IMG/VR virus record: IMGVR_UViG_3300025108_004223
Span: 32,001-96,000 of that record
From: a virus
Direction: 5' to 3' (one strand)
DNA length: 64,000 nt
The first letter of the stretch is position 1. Every line of letters starts with the position of its first letter. Positions 38,077 through 47,100 of this stretch are shown here, one piece after another. Both the position numbers and the translations under genes were made by a program. The notes beneath the pieces were generated by a model. It worked only from the letters and a program-made list of their open reading frames with translations. It was not told the DNA's origin and searched no databases.

Positions 38077-39085
38077 TATACAACATACAATAATCGAAAA
38101 CTACTTGCCGAAAGAATTATTCAACAAGTATTATAAAGAATATCCAGTAGATTGGATTAAAGAATATTGTAGTGACCCGACGGTAAGTGAACACGACAGT
38201 AGCTTGTATGGAAACTATAGTGCTCCTACAGAATTATACGATCCAGATTTAATAGAATGGGTTAAACAACAACTACCAGATATTAAATTAAATGCGGTTG
38301 GACGTGAAGTAACGCACGACCATTTTTATACTAACTTTCATTATGACGAACGTGGTAGTTGGATAGAGGAACACAACGACTTAAAAGATATGCGTTGGTT
38401 AGTTACAAATCAGATATACATGTGTAACAATCAAGGTGCAAGATTATTAGATAGAGAACTTAATGTCACTGCTGAAGTTCCTTGTGTGCCTAACACATTT
38501 TATAATATTGTTGCAGACCCTTGGAGTTGGCATGATGTGCCAGAAGTAAGCAACCATAAAAGAAGTATACTATTTCGTGTAGGTAAACGTAGAAGCAATA
38601 GTATTGCACATCCCGATGACGGAGACGATACCGCTTATATCATATACAACAACTTTCAAAAAGACAGACATTATGCAAAGTTAGGTCTACGTATGGGCAA
38701 TCTAACTGAGGCACATCTACATAGTTTAGGTGCTAAAAACATAATGCATACTGCTTGGCGTAGTGAAGAAAGCCTGCATAGAAACATAAAGAAAGCCTTA
38801 CAGCGTTATAAACGGGTGGTTATTGTGCTTAGTGGATACTTACTGCCTAGCTTAACGATCGCTGATAATACCGCACTACAGACGCTTACAGACGCTAATA
38901 CGCCGGTGAATTTAGATGAAAATGTTGAGATTGCGGAGTATTTCCGTATAACTGATGACAATATAGATGCTTATGCAGACTGCGTATTTTCCGATTTAAG
39001 CGGTGATCATGTGTTAGCTGAAGCTGAGCAAGTTATGTATACTTACTACCAAAATAAGCTACATTTGAACTATATAGACCTATAA
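38069..39085 (+). CDS. Fe(II)/2OG oxygenase domain fused to an unknown C-terminal domain (paralog of 6533)
   Basis: IENYLP, EHND, QIYM, SWHDV..KRS; C-terminal DTAYII..LG..N..KRVVIVLSG. Confidence 0.68.
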   Translation: MSDIQHTIIENYLPKELFNKYYKEYPVDWIKEYCSDPTVSEHDSSLYGNYSAPTELYDPDLIEWVKQQLPDIKLNAVGREVTHDHFYTNFHYDERGSWIEEHNDLKDMRWLVTNQIYMCNNQGARLLDRELNVTAEVPCVPNTFYNIVADPWSWHDVPEVSNHKRSILFRVGKRRSNSIAHPDDGDDTAYIIYNNFQKDRHYAKLGLRMGNLTEAHLHSLGAKNIMHTAWRSEESLHRNIKKALQRYKRVVIVLSGYLLPSLTIADNTALQTLTDANTPVNLDENVEIAEYFRITDDNIDAYADCVFSDLSGDHVLAEAEQVMYTYYQNKLHLNYIDL

Positions 39086-39102
39086 AAGGGTGTCTTAGAC
39101 GC

Positions 39103-40365
39103 TCAAATACCGTCCTGTATGCGTTTAAATTCAGGAGCTATACTCATTACATCGTGTCCGCGAAAGATGTCGTAGTTGTTGGTTATATCAACATACTGCT
39201 TCATTATCTCTGGATTATATACATGATCTGGATCCTTACCAAAGTTAACCATTTCCATTAAAGGTTCTTCATAATCCTCGTAATGTGGACTATTATGGAT
39301 TGATTTTAAAAACTCTAGCACTTGTTTTTCTTGCTCATCACGTAACCATTGTGGACTATGTGCCATACTGTAATAATGTGGTTCTACTAATTGATTAGTG
39401 CTCATGCCAATTCCTTTGTCATTCTTACATTGATAATTATGCATGAACTTCCAAAAGTCTACAATGTGCAATGCATTGTGTATTTGGTTGACTGTTGTTA
39501 CACGAACTTTAATACGTTTACCGGCTTTAGTATTTGAAAACTTAACCAGTTTATCAAAGTTTTTCCAAACAGAGGCCCACTTGGAAGGTGGACGTAAATA
39601 ATCATTCATGGCGCCCATGCCTTCCAAGGAGCAGTTTACAATCACTTTTTCAAACTTCCCTAATTGTTCTAACCATCTATCTTGCATATTAGTGATATTG
39701 GTATAGAAACTAAGTTCGATGTGATCAGCGTGTCCGGATTCTACTGCGAGATCTAGCAAAGTAAACATATCCTTTGCAACCGTTGGTTCCCCGCCTATAA
39801 GTTTTATTTTACGAGCTTTTCTTATCATGTCCTTAAAGCTCGCCCAGTCGATTCCAGGTTGAAGAAGTGCCTGCTTCTTGTCTGCAATGTTGGCATGCCA
39901 GTCGGGATGGTTCGCTCCGAGTCCGCTTTGTACCATTGTCGCACGTTCCACACTCACTAAGTGAGATGCTTCTTTGTTGCACATCTGACACTGTAAATTA
40001 CACAAATTGCCAAGCCTGAAATCAAATTGTAAAGGTTGTTTAACCTCCCAATCATTAACGGAAGCGTCAGCAACCACTTCGTCAATTACGTCTTCCCACA
40101 CTTCGTTTTCCCATTGTCTGCTGCTGACAATATTATTGCGTTCCAAGTGTAAACATTCACTACACTCAGGTAACCATTCACCTGCGGTCATGCGTTTACG
40201 AACATCTTTAATGTAGTCGTGGTTCCATGTTCCGTCGATGCCTAGTTTCTCTTGGTCTACTAGTTCTGTGGGTTCTTTGGCCATGCAACATAACCTATAT
40301 CGTCCGCCATTATATGTGCTATATTGAACGAATGGTAATGCACAAAAGCCGTTATCTGTTTTCAT
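39103..40365 (-). CDS. Radical SAM protein with N-terminal twitch domain
   Basis: FCALPF..LCC..CSEC; FRLGNLCNLQCQMC; LIGGEP; YTN. Confidence 0.9.
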   Translation of the reverse strand: MKTDNGFCALPFVQYSTYNGGRYRLCCMAKEPTELVDQEKLGIDGTWNHDYIKDVRKRMTAGEWLPECSECLHLERNNIVSSRQWENEVWEDVIDEVVADASVNDWEVKQPLQFDFRLGNLCNLQCQMCNKEASHLVSVERATMVQSGLGANHPDWHANIADKKQALLQPGIDWASFKDMIRKARKIKLIGGEPTVAKDMFTLLDLAVESGHADHIELSFYTNITNMQDRWLEQLGKFEKVIVNCSLEGMGAMNDYLRPPSKWASVWKNFDKLVKFSNTKAGKRIKVRVTTVNQIHNALHIVDFWKFMHNYQCKNDKGIGMSTNQLVEPHYYSMAHSPQWLRDEQEKQVLEFLKSIHNSPHYEDYEEPLMEMVNFGKDPDHVYNPEIMKQYVDITNNYDIFRGHDVMSIAPEFKRIQDGI

Positions 40366-40958
40366 ATGTATCTCGTTAGTAAACTCTTTCTTACCCGATC
40401 GCCTTGCTCGGTATAATGGTAATCAGCATTTGCGTTACTCCCATATACAAGAAAAGAATTTCTTATTAGTGGTAGTTCTTTGCTTTCTAAAATATCAAAG
40501 CAGTTATCATTATTTTCATTATAGCTATTTTTATCTACATTGCAAAGTATTGTTCCATATTTTTTATAATCTATATCAGGCATGTATATATGCCATTGTA
40601 TTACTTCTTTACCAATGGCATCAGTGTGTAAATGTATATAATGTTCTGGATCATCCCATAGATAATCCGTGTAAATTCTACTTATATCATTCCATGGTCT
40701 AGTGGCTGTTAATTTATTTTTTATTGTATCATATAATTGTTTAGATGTTTCTACAAATTCTCTAAATGGTTTCCATTCTACATCAGCACTAAGACTATGA
40801 TCAGGGGGCCTACATTCAAACTGTTGAGCATGAAAATCTTTTACTAACTGAAAATAATGATCGTCACTTAAAAAATTTTCAATCCATAAATGTTCGTATG
40901 GACTAGTAAGCAATTCTGCAGAGTCTATTTTATCTATGATATAATTAAATTCCTGCAT
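40362..40958 (-). CDS. Fe(II)/2OG oxygenase
   Basis: PYEHLWIENFL, LHTD, IYMP...YGT, HY...RKSL. Confidence 0.72.
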   Translation of the reverse strand: MQEFNYIIDKIDSAELLTSPYEHLWIENFLSDDHYFQLVKDFHAQQFECRPPDHSLSADVEWKPFREFVETSKQLYDTIKNKLTATRPWNDISRIYTDYLWDDPEHYIHLHTDAIGKEVIQWHIYMPDIDYKKYGTILCNVDKNSYNENNDNCFDILESKELPLIRNSFLVYGSNANADYHYTEQGDRVRKSLLTRYI

Positions 40959-41506
40959 TAAACTGTTTTAAGTAAATCTAAAAATAGTTCTGCTCCATTA
41001 GACTGATTTTCTTCCCAAGTTTCTGGTGCATCTTTGTCTGCCATGTCGCTTGCATATTTAATTATCGTAGTTGGCTTGTTAAACATCTTGCCAACTTTAG
41101 CAATTGCATAACCTTCCATGTCAACTAAGTGACTTCTTAATGCAGGTGGGTCTGTTACAAAATTATCACCTGTGCTTAGAATTACTTTACTATCAGCGTT
41201 AAGTGTTATGTCACCTGCAATTTCTGTTGTTTCGTATGGTGTTAGTCCTAAATCAATAACTGGTCTACAATCCATATCACGTTGTCTTACTGCACCTACT
41301 TCTAATAGCTTGCCTGCTAAGTCTGGTGCTAATGCGCCTGCTGTTCCATAATTAATAATACGTTCACAGTCAGGTTGGTTAACAGCCAGTGTTGCTGAAA
41401 CTGTTGCATTAATTTTACCAACGCCTGTATACCATACTTTAAATTTTTCAGGGTTAAGTTTATTCTCTGGCAGTTCGCCTTTGAGTGCTACTAATACGTA
41501 TATCAT
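40958..41506 (-). CDS. 5'-methylthioadenosine/SAH nucleosidase (Pfs/MTAN-like)
   Basis: TGVGKINA, INYGTAG, STGDNFV, DMEGYAIA, KYASD. Confidence 0.88.
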   Translation of the reverse strand: MIYVLVALKGELPENKLNPEKFKVWYTGVGKINATVSATLAVNQPDCERIINYGTAGALAPDLAGKLLEVGAVRQRDMDCRPVIDLGLTPYETTEIAGDITLNADSKVILSTGDNFVTDPPALRSHLVDMEGYAIAKVGKMFNKPTTIIKYASDMADKDAPETWEENQSNGAELFLDLLKTV

Positions 41507-42180
41507 TTTATATCCTTTGTTTTATTTATTATATCTATAAATCTTCTAGCTATATCTTTTTGTTCTTTCGGCCCAGGGTGTTTGCCATCGTGGGCTCTAT
41601 CAACATAGTTACGATGACAAAGAATATGGTCTATTAAATTTATGTCAGACGGCAATGGAAGTTCTTTTTCTTCTACCCCTAAATCTTGCAACATATGATA
41701 ACTTTTTACTCCTATACTTTGACATGCATAATGTGTTAAACTTATCATCATGATAGTGTTCATAATATTGTCATATGCATCTGTAACTTTGTTATACGCT
41801 TTCTCTAATTTTTTATTAGGACCATTTTTAGTCCTACCTTGTCCTGCATCTAATGTTTCTTCAAACTCTTGTTTTAATATAACATGTCTATCAGAATAAC
41901 TCCATAAAAAACATACAATATCATTTTGCTTTATTTTAGGAAGCATGTGTTGAAATCGCCATGCTATTTCTTTATTGCCTGATCCGGGTGTGCCAAAATT
42001 ATAACATTCTTTATTGATGTTTTTAGCAACAAGTGTTGGCCATGCATACTTACTTGCATAACTTTTGTATGGATCATATGTAGGAACTCGATATGGGACC
42101 TTGGGATCAGGCCATACTTTTATATCGTCTAATGCATATCCATATGTAAGACTATCACCAAATGCATATAATTTACTCAT
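41503..42180 (-). CDS. SGNH/GDSL-like hydrolase/acyltransferase (paralog of 32374)
   Basis: YAFGDSLTYG, AWPTLVA, NFG.PGSGN, HDGKHPG. Confidence 0.75.
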   Translation of the reverse strand: MSKLYAFGDSLTYGYALDDIKVWPDPKVPYRVPTYDPYKSYASKYAWPTLVAKNINKECYNFGTPGSGNKEIAWRFQHMLPKIKQNDIVCFLWSYSDRHVILKQEFEETLDAGQGRTKNGPNKKLEKAYNKVTDAYDNIMNTIMMISLTHYACQSIGVKSYHMLQDLGVEEKELPLPSDINLIDHILCHRNYVDRAHDGKHPGPKEQKDIARRFIDIINKTKDIK

Positions 42181-43639
42181 CTAGTAGGTCTGGATCAATT
42201 GCACCTGTTGGTGGTGTCCATGGCTCGTCTAGTAAGTAAGCCATTTCAGGGAATGTCTTGCGGAAATCTGTCCCACGCATAGCATCAAGTTTATTAATAT
42301 ATTCACGGAACTCAGGTAAACGTCTGCTCCAGTCTTCGCTACGTGCAAAACTAATCATACCACGTAAACGCTTAATACCGTAACTTGCGTTTTCCCATTG
42401 TTCTTTAGTTACTTTTCCTTTGTGCCATGTAGGAACACCTAGTTCCCAATTTTCTTTCCACCATTCAATAAATTCTTCATACTTGGCTTCTGTTTTGTCT
42501 AAGAATTCGTCTGGTAGCACTTTAACATTTAAGTGTCCTGGCCAGTATACAAAGTGATAGTTAATACCACCTGCACCAAATGGCCACATATTTGTTTTAT
42601 GTAATCCACTTTCTGCTAGTTTCCATTTAAGGAAATCTGGAATGTAATGAATGTTAAGAGCGTTAACGGCACATGCAATTGTAACTTCTACATTATTAGT
42701 TGTTTCAGTGTCTAAACGTTTAAACATTGCAAGTTGGTGATCCCATTCACTTGGGTAACGAATATAGTCATTCATAGCACCAATGCTGTCAATACTGTAG
42801 TGGAAACGCACTTTCTTAAAGTGTGACCATAACTCTAACAATCTATCCGGTAGTTCAATTCCATTTGAATTATAACGAACTTCCATTTCACTAGCATAAC
42901 CCATTTCGATTACTTTGGCTAGGATTTCATAGTGTTCTTCAATAACTGTAGACTCACCACCTGCAAAGTATAGCTGACGCATGTATGGAATTTGTGCATA
43001 AAATTGATCCCAAAACTCTGGATTGTTTTTGTGCCAGTTATAACTTGCACCAAACTCTTTACCTTTGTTTTCCCAAATCATAGTTTGTTTAAGACTCTCA
43101 TTGGTAATCTGTGGATATAATTTGTTCCAGTCTTTTACCCAGCCTGAGCTATCATGTGGACTACACATAACGCACCCCAACTGACATTTCGTTCCCATAC
43201 GGATATCAATATATCTAAGTTTACTATCTGTTGATCCATCTTCGTATGTTTCCTTTACTAGCTCATCTACATCAATACCATTGTTCATCCAGTATTGTGT
43301 TTCCCATTGACGTTTTGATCTGTGGCCTGCCGCTTCTTCTTTAAAGCACTTTAAACAACTTGCAGGCTTCTCACCATCAAGCATCATCTTACGAACACTT
43401 CGCATATATGTGTTATTCCATGCTGTATTTAGATCTGTTGTGTTTAGGTTAGCAGGCTTGCCATCTTCTGTTTTAACAATACCTACTCGTCCACCATGTT
43501 CTTTATCGTTTGTAGCACCAACACTACTTGCATTGGCTGTGCAACATACTCGCATACTCCCATCTGGTCTTGTGCTTAAATGTATCCATGGTAGTATACA
43601 AAATGTTTCTGATGGGGTGGGTAGGTCGTGTTCGCTCAT
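42173..43639 (-). CDS. Radical SAM protein with N-terminal twitch domain
   Basis: FCILPWIH..VCC..CLKC; TKCQLGCVMC; FAGGE; YNSN. Confidence 0.9.
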   Translation of the reverse strand: MSEHDLPTPSETFCILPWIHLSTRPDGSMRVCCTANASSVGATNDKEHGGRVGIVKTEDGKPANLNTTDLNTAWNNTYMRSVRKMMLDGEKPASCLKCFKEEAAGHRSKRQWETQYWMNNGIDVDELVKETYEDGSTDSKLRYIDIRMGTKCQLGCVMCSPHDSSGWVKDWNKLYPQITNESLKQTMIWENKGKEFGASYNWHKNNPEFWDQFYAQIPYMRQLYFAGGESTVIEEHYEILAKVIEMGYASEMEVRYNSNGIELPDRLLELWSHFKKVRFHYSIDSIGAMNDYIRYPSEWDHQLAMFKRLDTETTNNVEVTIACAVNALNIHYIPDFLKWKLAESGLHKTNMWPFGAGGINYHFVYWPGHLNVKVLPDEFLDKTEAKYEEFIEWWKENWELGVPTWHKGKVTKEQWENASYGIKRLRGMISFARSEDWSRRLPEFREYINKLDAMRGTDFRKTFPEMAYLLDEPWTPPTGAIDPDLLDE

Positions 43640-44317
43640 TTACATCTCCGGGATTTTACAAGTTGCGATGTAGACATCATTGTGCTTAATATTATTATTT
43701 ATCTTGTTATAATCTAATTCAAAAGCATCACTTCTATCAAATCCCGCCCAAGAGGCAAATTCGTTTGTATTGTAAGGTTTAAATGTCAAACCTTTACGCA
43801 TTGCAAAGTCTGTAATCTTAGAACTTTCTTGCCATAGTATCTCATACATTCTATTATAGTCTTTGTAGCCTGGTCTGTAATCTGGATAGTGACTTTCATC
43901 GAAGCACATAACTTCGCTCCACCAAGCAAAACTTTTTTGTGGTTCTCTATAAATTAAAACTATTTTATCGCCTGGAAAGTTATTCCATATAAAATCTAAA
44001 TTAAAATGTCTTGCAAAGAAATGGCTTTTAATAATACGATAGCCTTCTCCAGAGAATACATTGTTAATATCGTCTTGTAATTTATGTTTTGTTAAGTGGT
44101 TAAAGTCAACCCAGTCTTCGCCACAGCCCATGCCAGGCCCCCAATAGCTACCACGATGGCCATTGTTAGCATCGTTTGGATTAAACGCTCTATGATATTG
44201 TGTTCTGTTTGGTGTTTCATCTGTGCGATCACAATGTAAAATGGAACGCATCTGTATATCGATACCGCTCCATCTACTACCTGGAATTCCACAGAACCAT
44301 ATATTTGTATTATTCAT
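43640..44317 (-). CDS. Sulfotransferase-like P-loop protein
   Basis: N-terminal FCGIPGSRWSGI (5'-PSB-like), IKSH, LIYREP (3'-PB-like). Confidence 0.45.
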   Translation of the reverse strand: MNNTNIWFCGIPGSRWSGIDIQMRSILHCDRTDETPNRTQYHRAFNPNDANNGHRGSYWGPGMGCGEDWVDFNHLTKHKLQDDINNVFSGEGYRIIKSHFFARHFNLDFIWNNFPGDKIVLIYREPQKSFAWWSEVMCFDESHYPDYRPGYKDYNRMYEILWQESSKITDFAMRKGLTFKPYNTNEFASWAGFDRSDAFELDYNKINNNIKHNDVYIATCKIPEM

Positions 44318-44337
44318 TATATACCTTTCGGACTAGG

Positions 44338-44359
44338 AAAAGAGGACCTAAGTCCTCTT
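44338..44359 (-). terminator. Intrinsic terminator
   Basis: AAGAGGAC-TTAG-GTCCTCTT-TT on the - strand. Confidence 0.6.
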
Positions 44360-44362
44360 ATA

Positions 44363-44677
44363 TTATTTAAAATATTTTCCTAGAAATCCACCTACTCCGT
44401 TTAATACATCTGATTTAACTAATTCAAAATCAATCTTAACTTGTATGTCTTTGATATCTTCTTTCATTATATGATTAACGACATCCTGTCCAGACTTTTC
44501 AATTCTTACAAGATCTTCTTTTGTCATAGTTACACTCTTACCATCTTGTAACTCTATGATGATTTCAAGTATGTATTCGGCTGGCACATGATCTAGTGAA
44601 ACCTGATCGAATATTATGTCAAACGATCTATCTTTACGCTCAATTGGCATTCCACTAATCCTCTTATGAAGTGACAC
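44363..44677 (-). CDS. Hypothetical protein
   Basis: ORF with GTG start; AATAAATA motif at 44707-14. Confidence 0.65.
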   Translation of the reverse strand: MSLHKRISGMPIERKDRSFDIIFDQVSLDHVPAEYILEIIIELQDGKSVTMTKEDLVRIEKSGQDVVNHIMKEDIKDIQVKIDFELVKSDVLNGVGGFLGKYFK

Positions 44678-44709
44678 TAATTACTCAAGTGGCTATGCCA
44701 CTATACTAT

Positions 44710-45309
44710 TTATTCAGCGACAGGCTGTTTAGCTGGTCTGCCTCTGCGTGGCTTCAATGAAGGATCTAATTCATACGCTTGCGTCTTTAATGACTCTGCT
44801 TCTGCTAAGAATGATTCAGCTTGTGCAATCATACTCTTTGCAAGGTCACCATCTGCTAGTGCATCTGCTTTAGCACCAATTTCTGGAATATCACTTATGT
44901 CACGTGCTGCAGGTTGGATTTGTGTATCATCTGGTGATACAACAGGTGCTCCATCAGTATCTTCTCTAATAATATCATTCAGTTCTTTTAAGTTAACTGA
45001 TACACTATTATTAGGAGTCATTGCAACTTTATCTGTGGGGTATTTAATTAAACGCCCTGAACTATGTAATGTTTGTAACATATTAGTTCCATCAGTAAAT
45101 ACTGTTCTTTCAGCATACTCATAAAAGTTTGCACTTGATTGTGCTCCGGGTGCCTCAACTGCTTTCATTAGATCATCATGCATCCAATCTGGGGCTGCAT
45201 CTGTGTCTACGAGTAAACAGTGTGTTGGATCATCTGGTAATTCACGGAAGACTACAATACACTTTTTCTGTGTATTAATAATCTGTCCTACGTGTTTTAT
45301 ATTTGCCAT
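44710..45309 (-). CDS. Hypothetical conserved jumbo-phage protein
   Basis: IKHVG...KCIVVFRELP; basic C-terminal tail PRRGRP. Confidence 0.75.
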   Translation of the reverse strand: MANIKHVGQIINTQKKCIVVFRELPDDPTHCLLVDTDAAPDWMHDDLMKAVEAPGAQSSANFYEYAERTVFTDGTNMLQTLHSSGRLIKYPTDKVAMTPNNSVSVNLKELNDIIREDTDGAPVVSPDDTQIQPAARDISDIPEIGAKADALADGDLAKSMIAQAESFLAEAESLKTQAYELDPSLKPRRGRPAKQPVAE

Positions 45310-45312
45310 AAT

Positions 45313-45543
45313 TTACTTCTCCTTAGAAGCTTTTGCCTCTTCTGGCTTTGCTTCTTCTTCTTCTGGTGTATTAGCCTTGACAAAGGCTACTAGTTTTTCA
45401 AAGCAAGTGCCAACTTGACCGGCTTCTGCTGCCTTGAATGCTCCACGTTGTGTAGCAAGATCAATAATATTGCAAGCCATTACGATGTCTGCAATTTGAA
45501 TCTGTGCTGTCGCGGTAGAGTCTGGTGTATTTTCTTCGCTCAT
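45313..45543 (-). CDS. Small acidic hypothetical protein
   Basis: RBS GAGGAG; IIDLATQRGAFKA.E...VG. Confidence 0.75.
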   Translation of the reverse strand: MSEENTPDSTATAQIQIADIVMACNIIDLATQRGAFKAAEAGQVGTCFEKLVAFVKANTPEEEEAKPEEAKASKEK

Positions 45544-45593
45544 TAGTTATTCTCCTCGAGTTAAAAATAATTATATACTATGTTTATTTATCC

Positions 45594-45887
45594 TTACTTT
45601 GAAGCAAGTTTATTTAACATAAGTTTTTTCTCAAATTTGTCTAAGTCTTTTAATTCCTCAAACCAAACTTGAAATACCATATTGGACTTGTCGACGGGCC
45701 TAATATGATAGAACGCCGTTACTTCCGATGTTAACCCGTCCCAATCAATTGATGACTTAGGATCATTCGCAACAAGTAAAACCCTGTTACGCATCATGTT
45801 AACGATGATGTCAGTGTCTCGCAAAAGTTGTAAATCACTTTCACTTAAACTTCCACTGTTCTTTACCAGCTTTAAATTACTGTTCAT
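45594..45887 (-). CDS. Hypothetical protein
   Basis: Start moved to ATG 45887 to avoid a long overlap with the vWA gene. Confidence 0.6.
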   Translation of the reverse strand: MNSNLKLVKNSGSLSESDLQLLRDTDIIVNMMRNRVLLVANDPKSSIDWDGLTSEVTAFYHIRPVDKSNMVFQVWFEELKDLDKFEKKLMLNKLASK

Positions 45888-47091
45888 AATGAATAGTAAC
45901 TCCAAATGGTGCTTCGATCTTTCGTTGTGGATCGCCATGTATAACATGTAGCACATCACAGTAATCTGGATTACCCCAACTACCCCATGGGTAGCCATCT
46001 GTAAACATTACCATTTGGTCTGGTTCAATTCCTTCTTGCTCCATGTAGTTATACACTACATCAAAGTCTGTTCCACCGCCACCTGTGATTTCATATTCAT
46101 TCATTGAACGACCATCATCACTAGTAAAAGTTTCTGGAGCATATACATTTGTATCAAACTGTGCAATATGAATTTTATATGCACTGTATTGATCCATGAT
46201 GCCTTGCACTTCACTAAGGAAGTCACGTAGCATATCTTTGCTAATACTTCCACTTGTATCTAGAAATACTGCAATATTTAATTCTTCATCTTTGTTCATA
46301 CCTGGAAATAATACTTCACCTGAACGTTTACTTGGACGCATAAATGTAAAATCATTTTTAAGTGAACTTTCTAATTGTGTTCTCAGAACATCTCGCCAAT
46401 CCATTTTAGGTGCAATAAGCTCACTAATCATACGCTTAACTGATTCTGGAACATCAGGTCCAGCACTTTGAGCCGCTTGTATTACAGCCTGTTTAATTTC
46501 ATCTTGTAGTGCTTTCTTTTCTTCTTCTGACATTTGAACTTTAGTGCCGTCGGCCTCGCCATCGCCTTCACCTTCACCAGATCCAACTTCCATATGAACG
46601 TCCATGCCACCTTCTTGGCCTTTGTTTTCTTCAATTAGTTTATCATAAATCTCAAATGAATTCAGTCCACGATACTTCCAATCCAAACACATTTGGCCGC
46701 CTGCTAAGTTTTCACTTTTAATTGGCTCGCCCACATGGTGTTCAACTAGTGTCATGTTAATGTTATAGTCTGCAGCCGCATTCCATGTCATTTTTTCACG
46801 ATCACCTCTAGCACCCATGTGATCATATACCACATGCAATACTTCATGCCCAACTAAAAAGTCAAGTTCGGGATCTGACAAACGATCAATAAAAGTTGTG
46901 TTATATAAAAACCTACGACCGTCTGTTGCGGCAGTTGGAATATAACTAGTAGCATCTTCAATTCGTAAACGAGTTGCTAGTTGTCCAAAGAAAGGCTTAG
47001 TAAGTAATAGTCTAACACGGCTCTGTGTGATACGTTCTATTGCAGTCTTTTGCATTTCTGTGATCTCCGTTTTTTCGATAGTATCTAACAT
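45877..47091 (-). CDS. Metallopeptidase (HEXXH) + vWA domain protein (DUF2201-like)
   Basis: TAATDG, HEVLH, WN.A.DY.IN; MIDAS LDTSGS, GGGTDF, MFTDG. Confidence 0.87.
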   Translation of the reverse strand: MLDTIEKTEITEMQKTAIERITQSRVRLLLTKPFFGQLATRLRIEDATSYIPTAATDGRRFLYNTTFIDRLSDPELDFLVGHEVLHVVYDHMGARGDREKMTWNAAADYNINMTLVEHHVGEPIKSENLAGGQMCLDWKYRGLNSFEIYDKLIEENKGQEGGMDVHMEVGSGEGEGDGEADGTKVQMSEEEKKALQDEIKQAVIQAAQSAGPDVPESVKRMISELIAPKMDWRDVLRTQLESSLKNDFTFMRPSKRSGEVLFPGMNKDEELNIAVFLDTSGSISKDMLRDFLSEVQGIMDQYSAYKIHIAQFDTNVYAPETFTSDDGRSMNEYEITGGGGTDFDVVYNYMEQEGIEPDQMVMFTDGYPWGSWGNPDYCDVLHVIHGDPQRKIEAPFGVTIHYEQ

Positions 47092-47100
47092 TATAGTAGT

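Noticed and set aside
18677-44317. Classical RiPP cluster
   Set aside because: There is no repeated or obvious precursor peptide, RRE-type partner, peptidase-transporter or immunity gene; companion enzymes look glycan/small-molecule directed. It is not fully excluded (see the micro-ORF finding)
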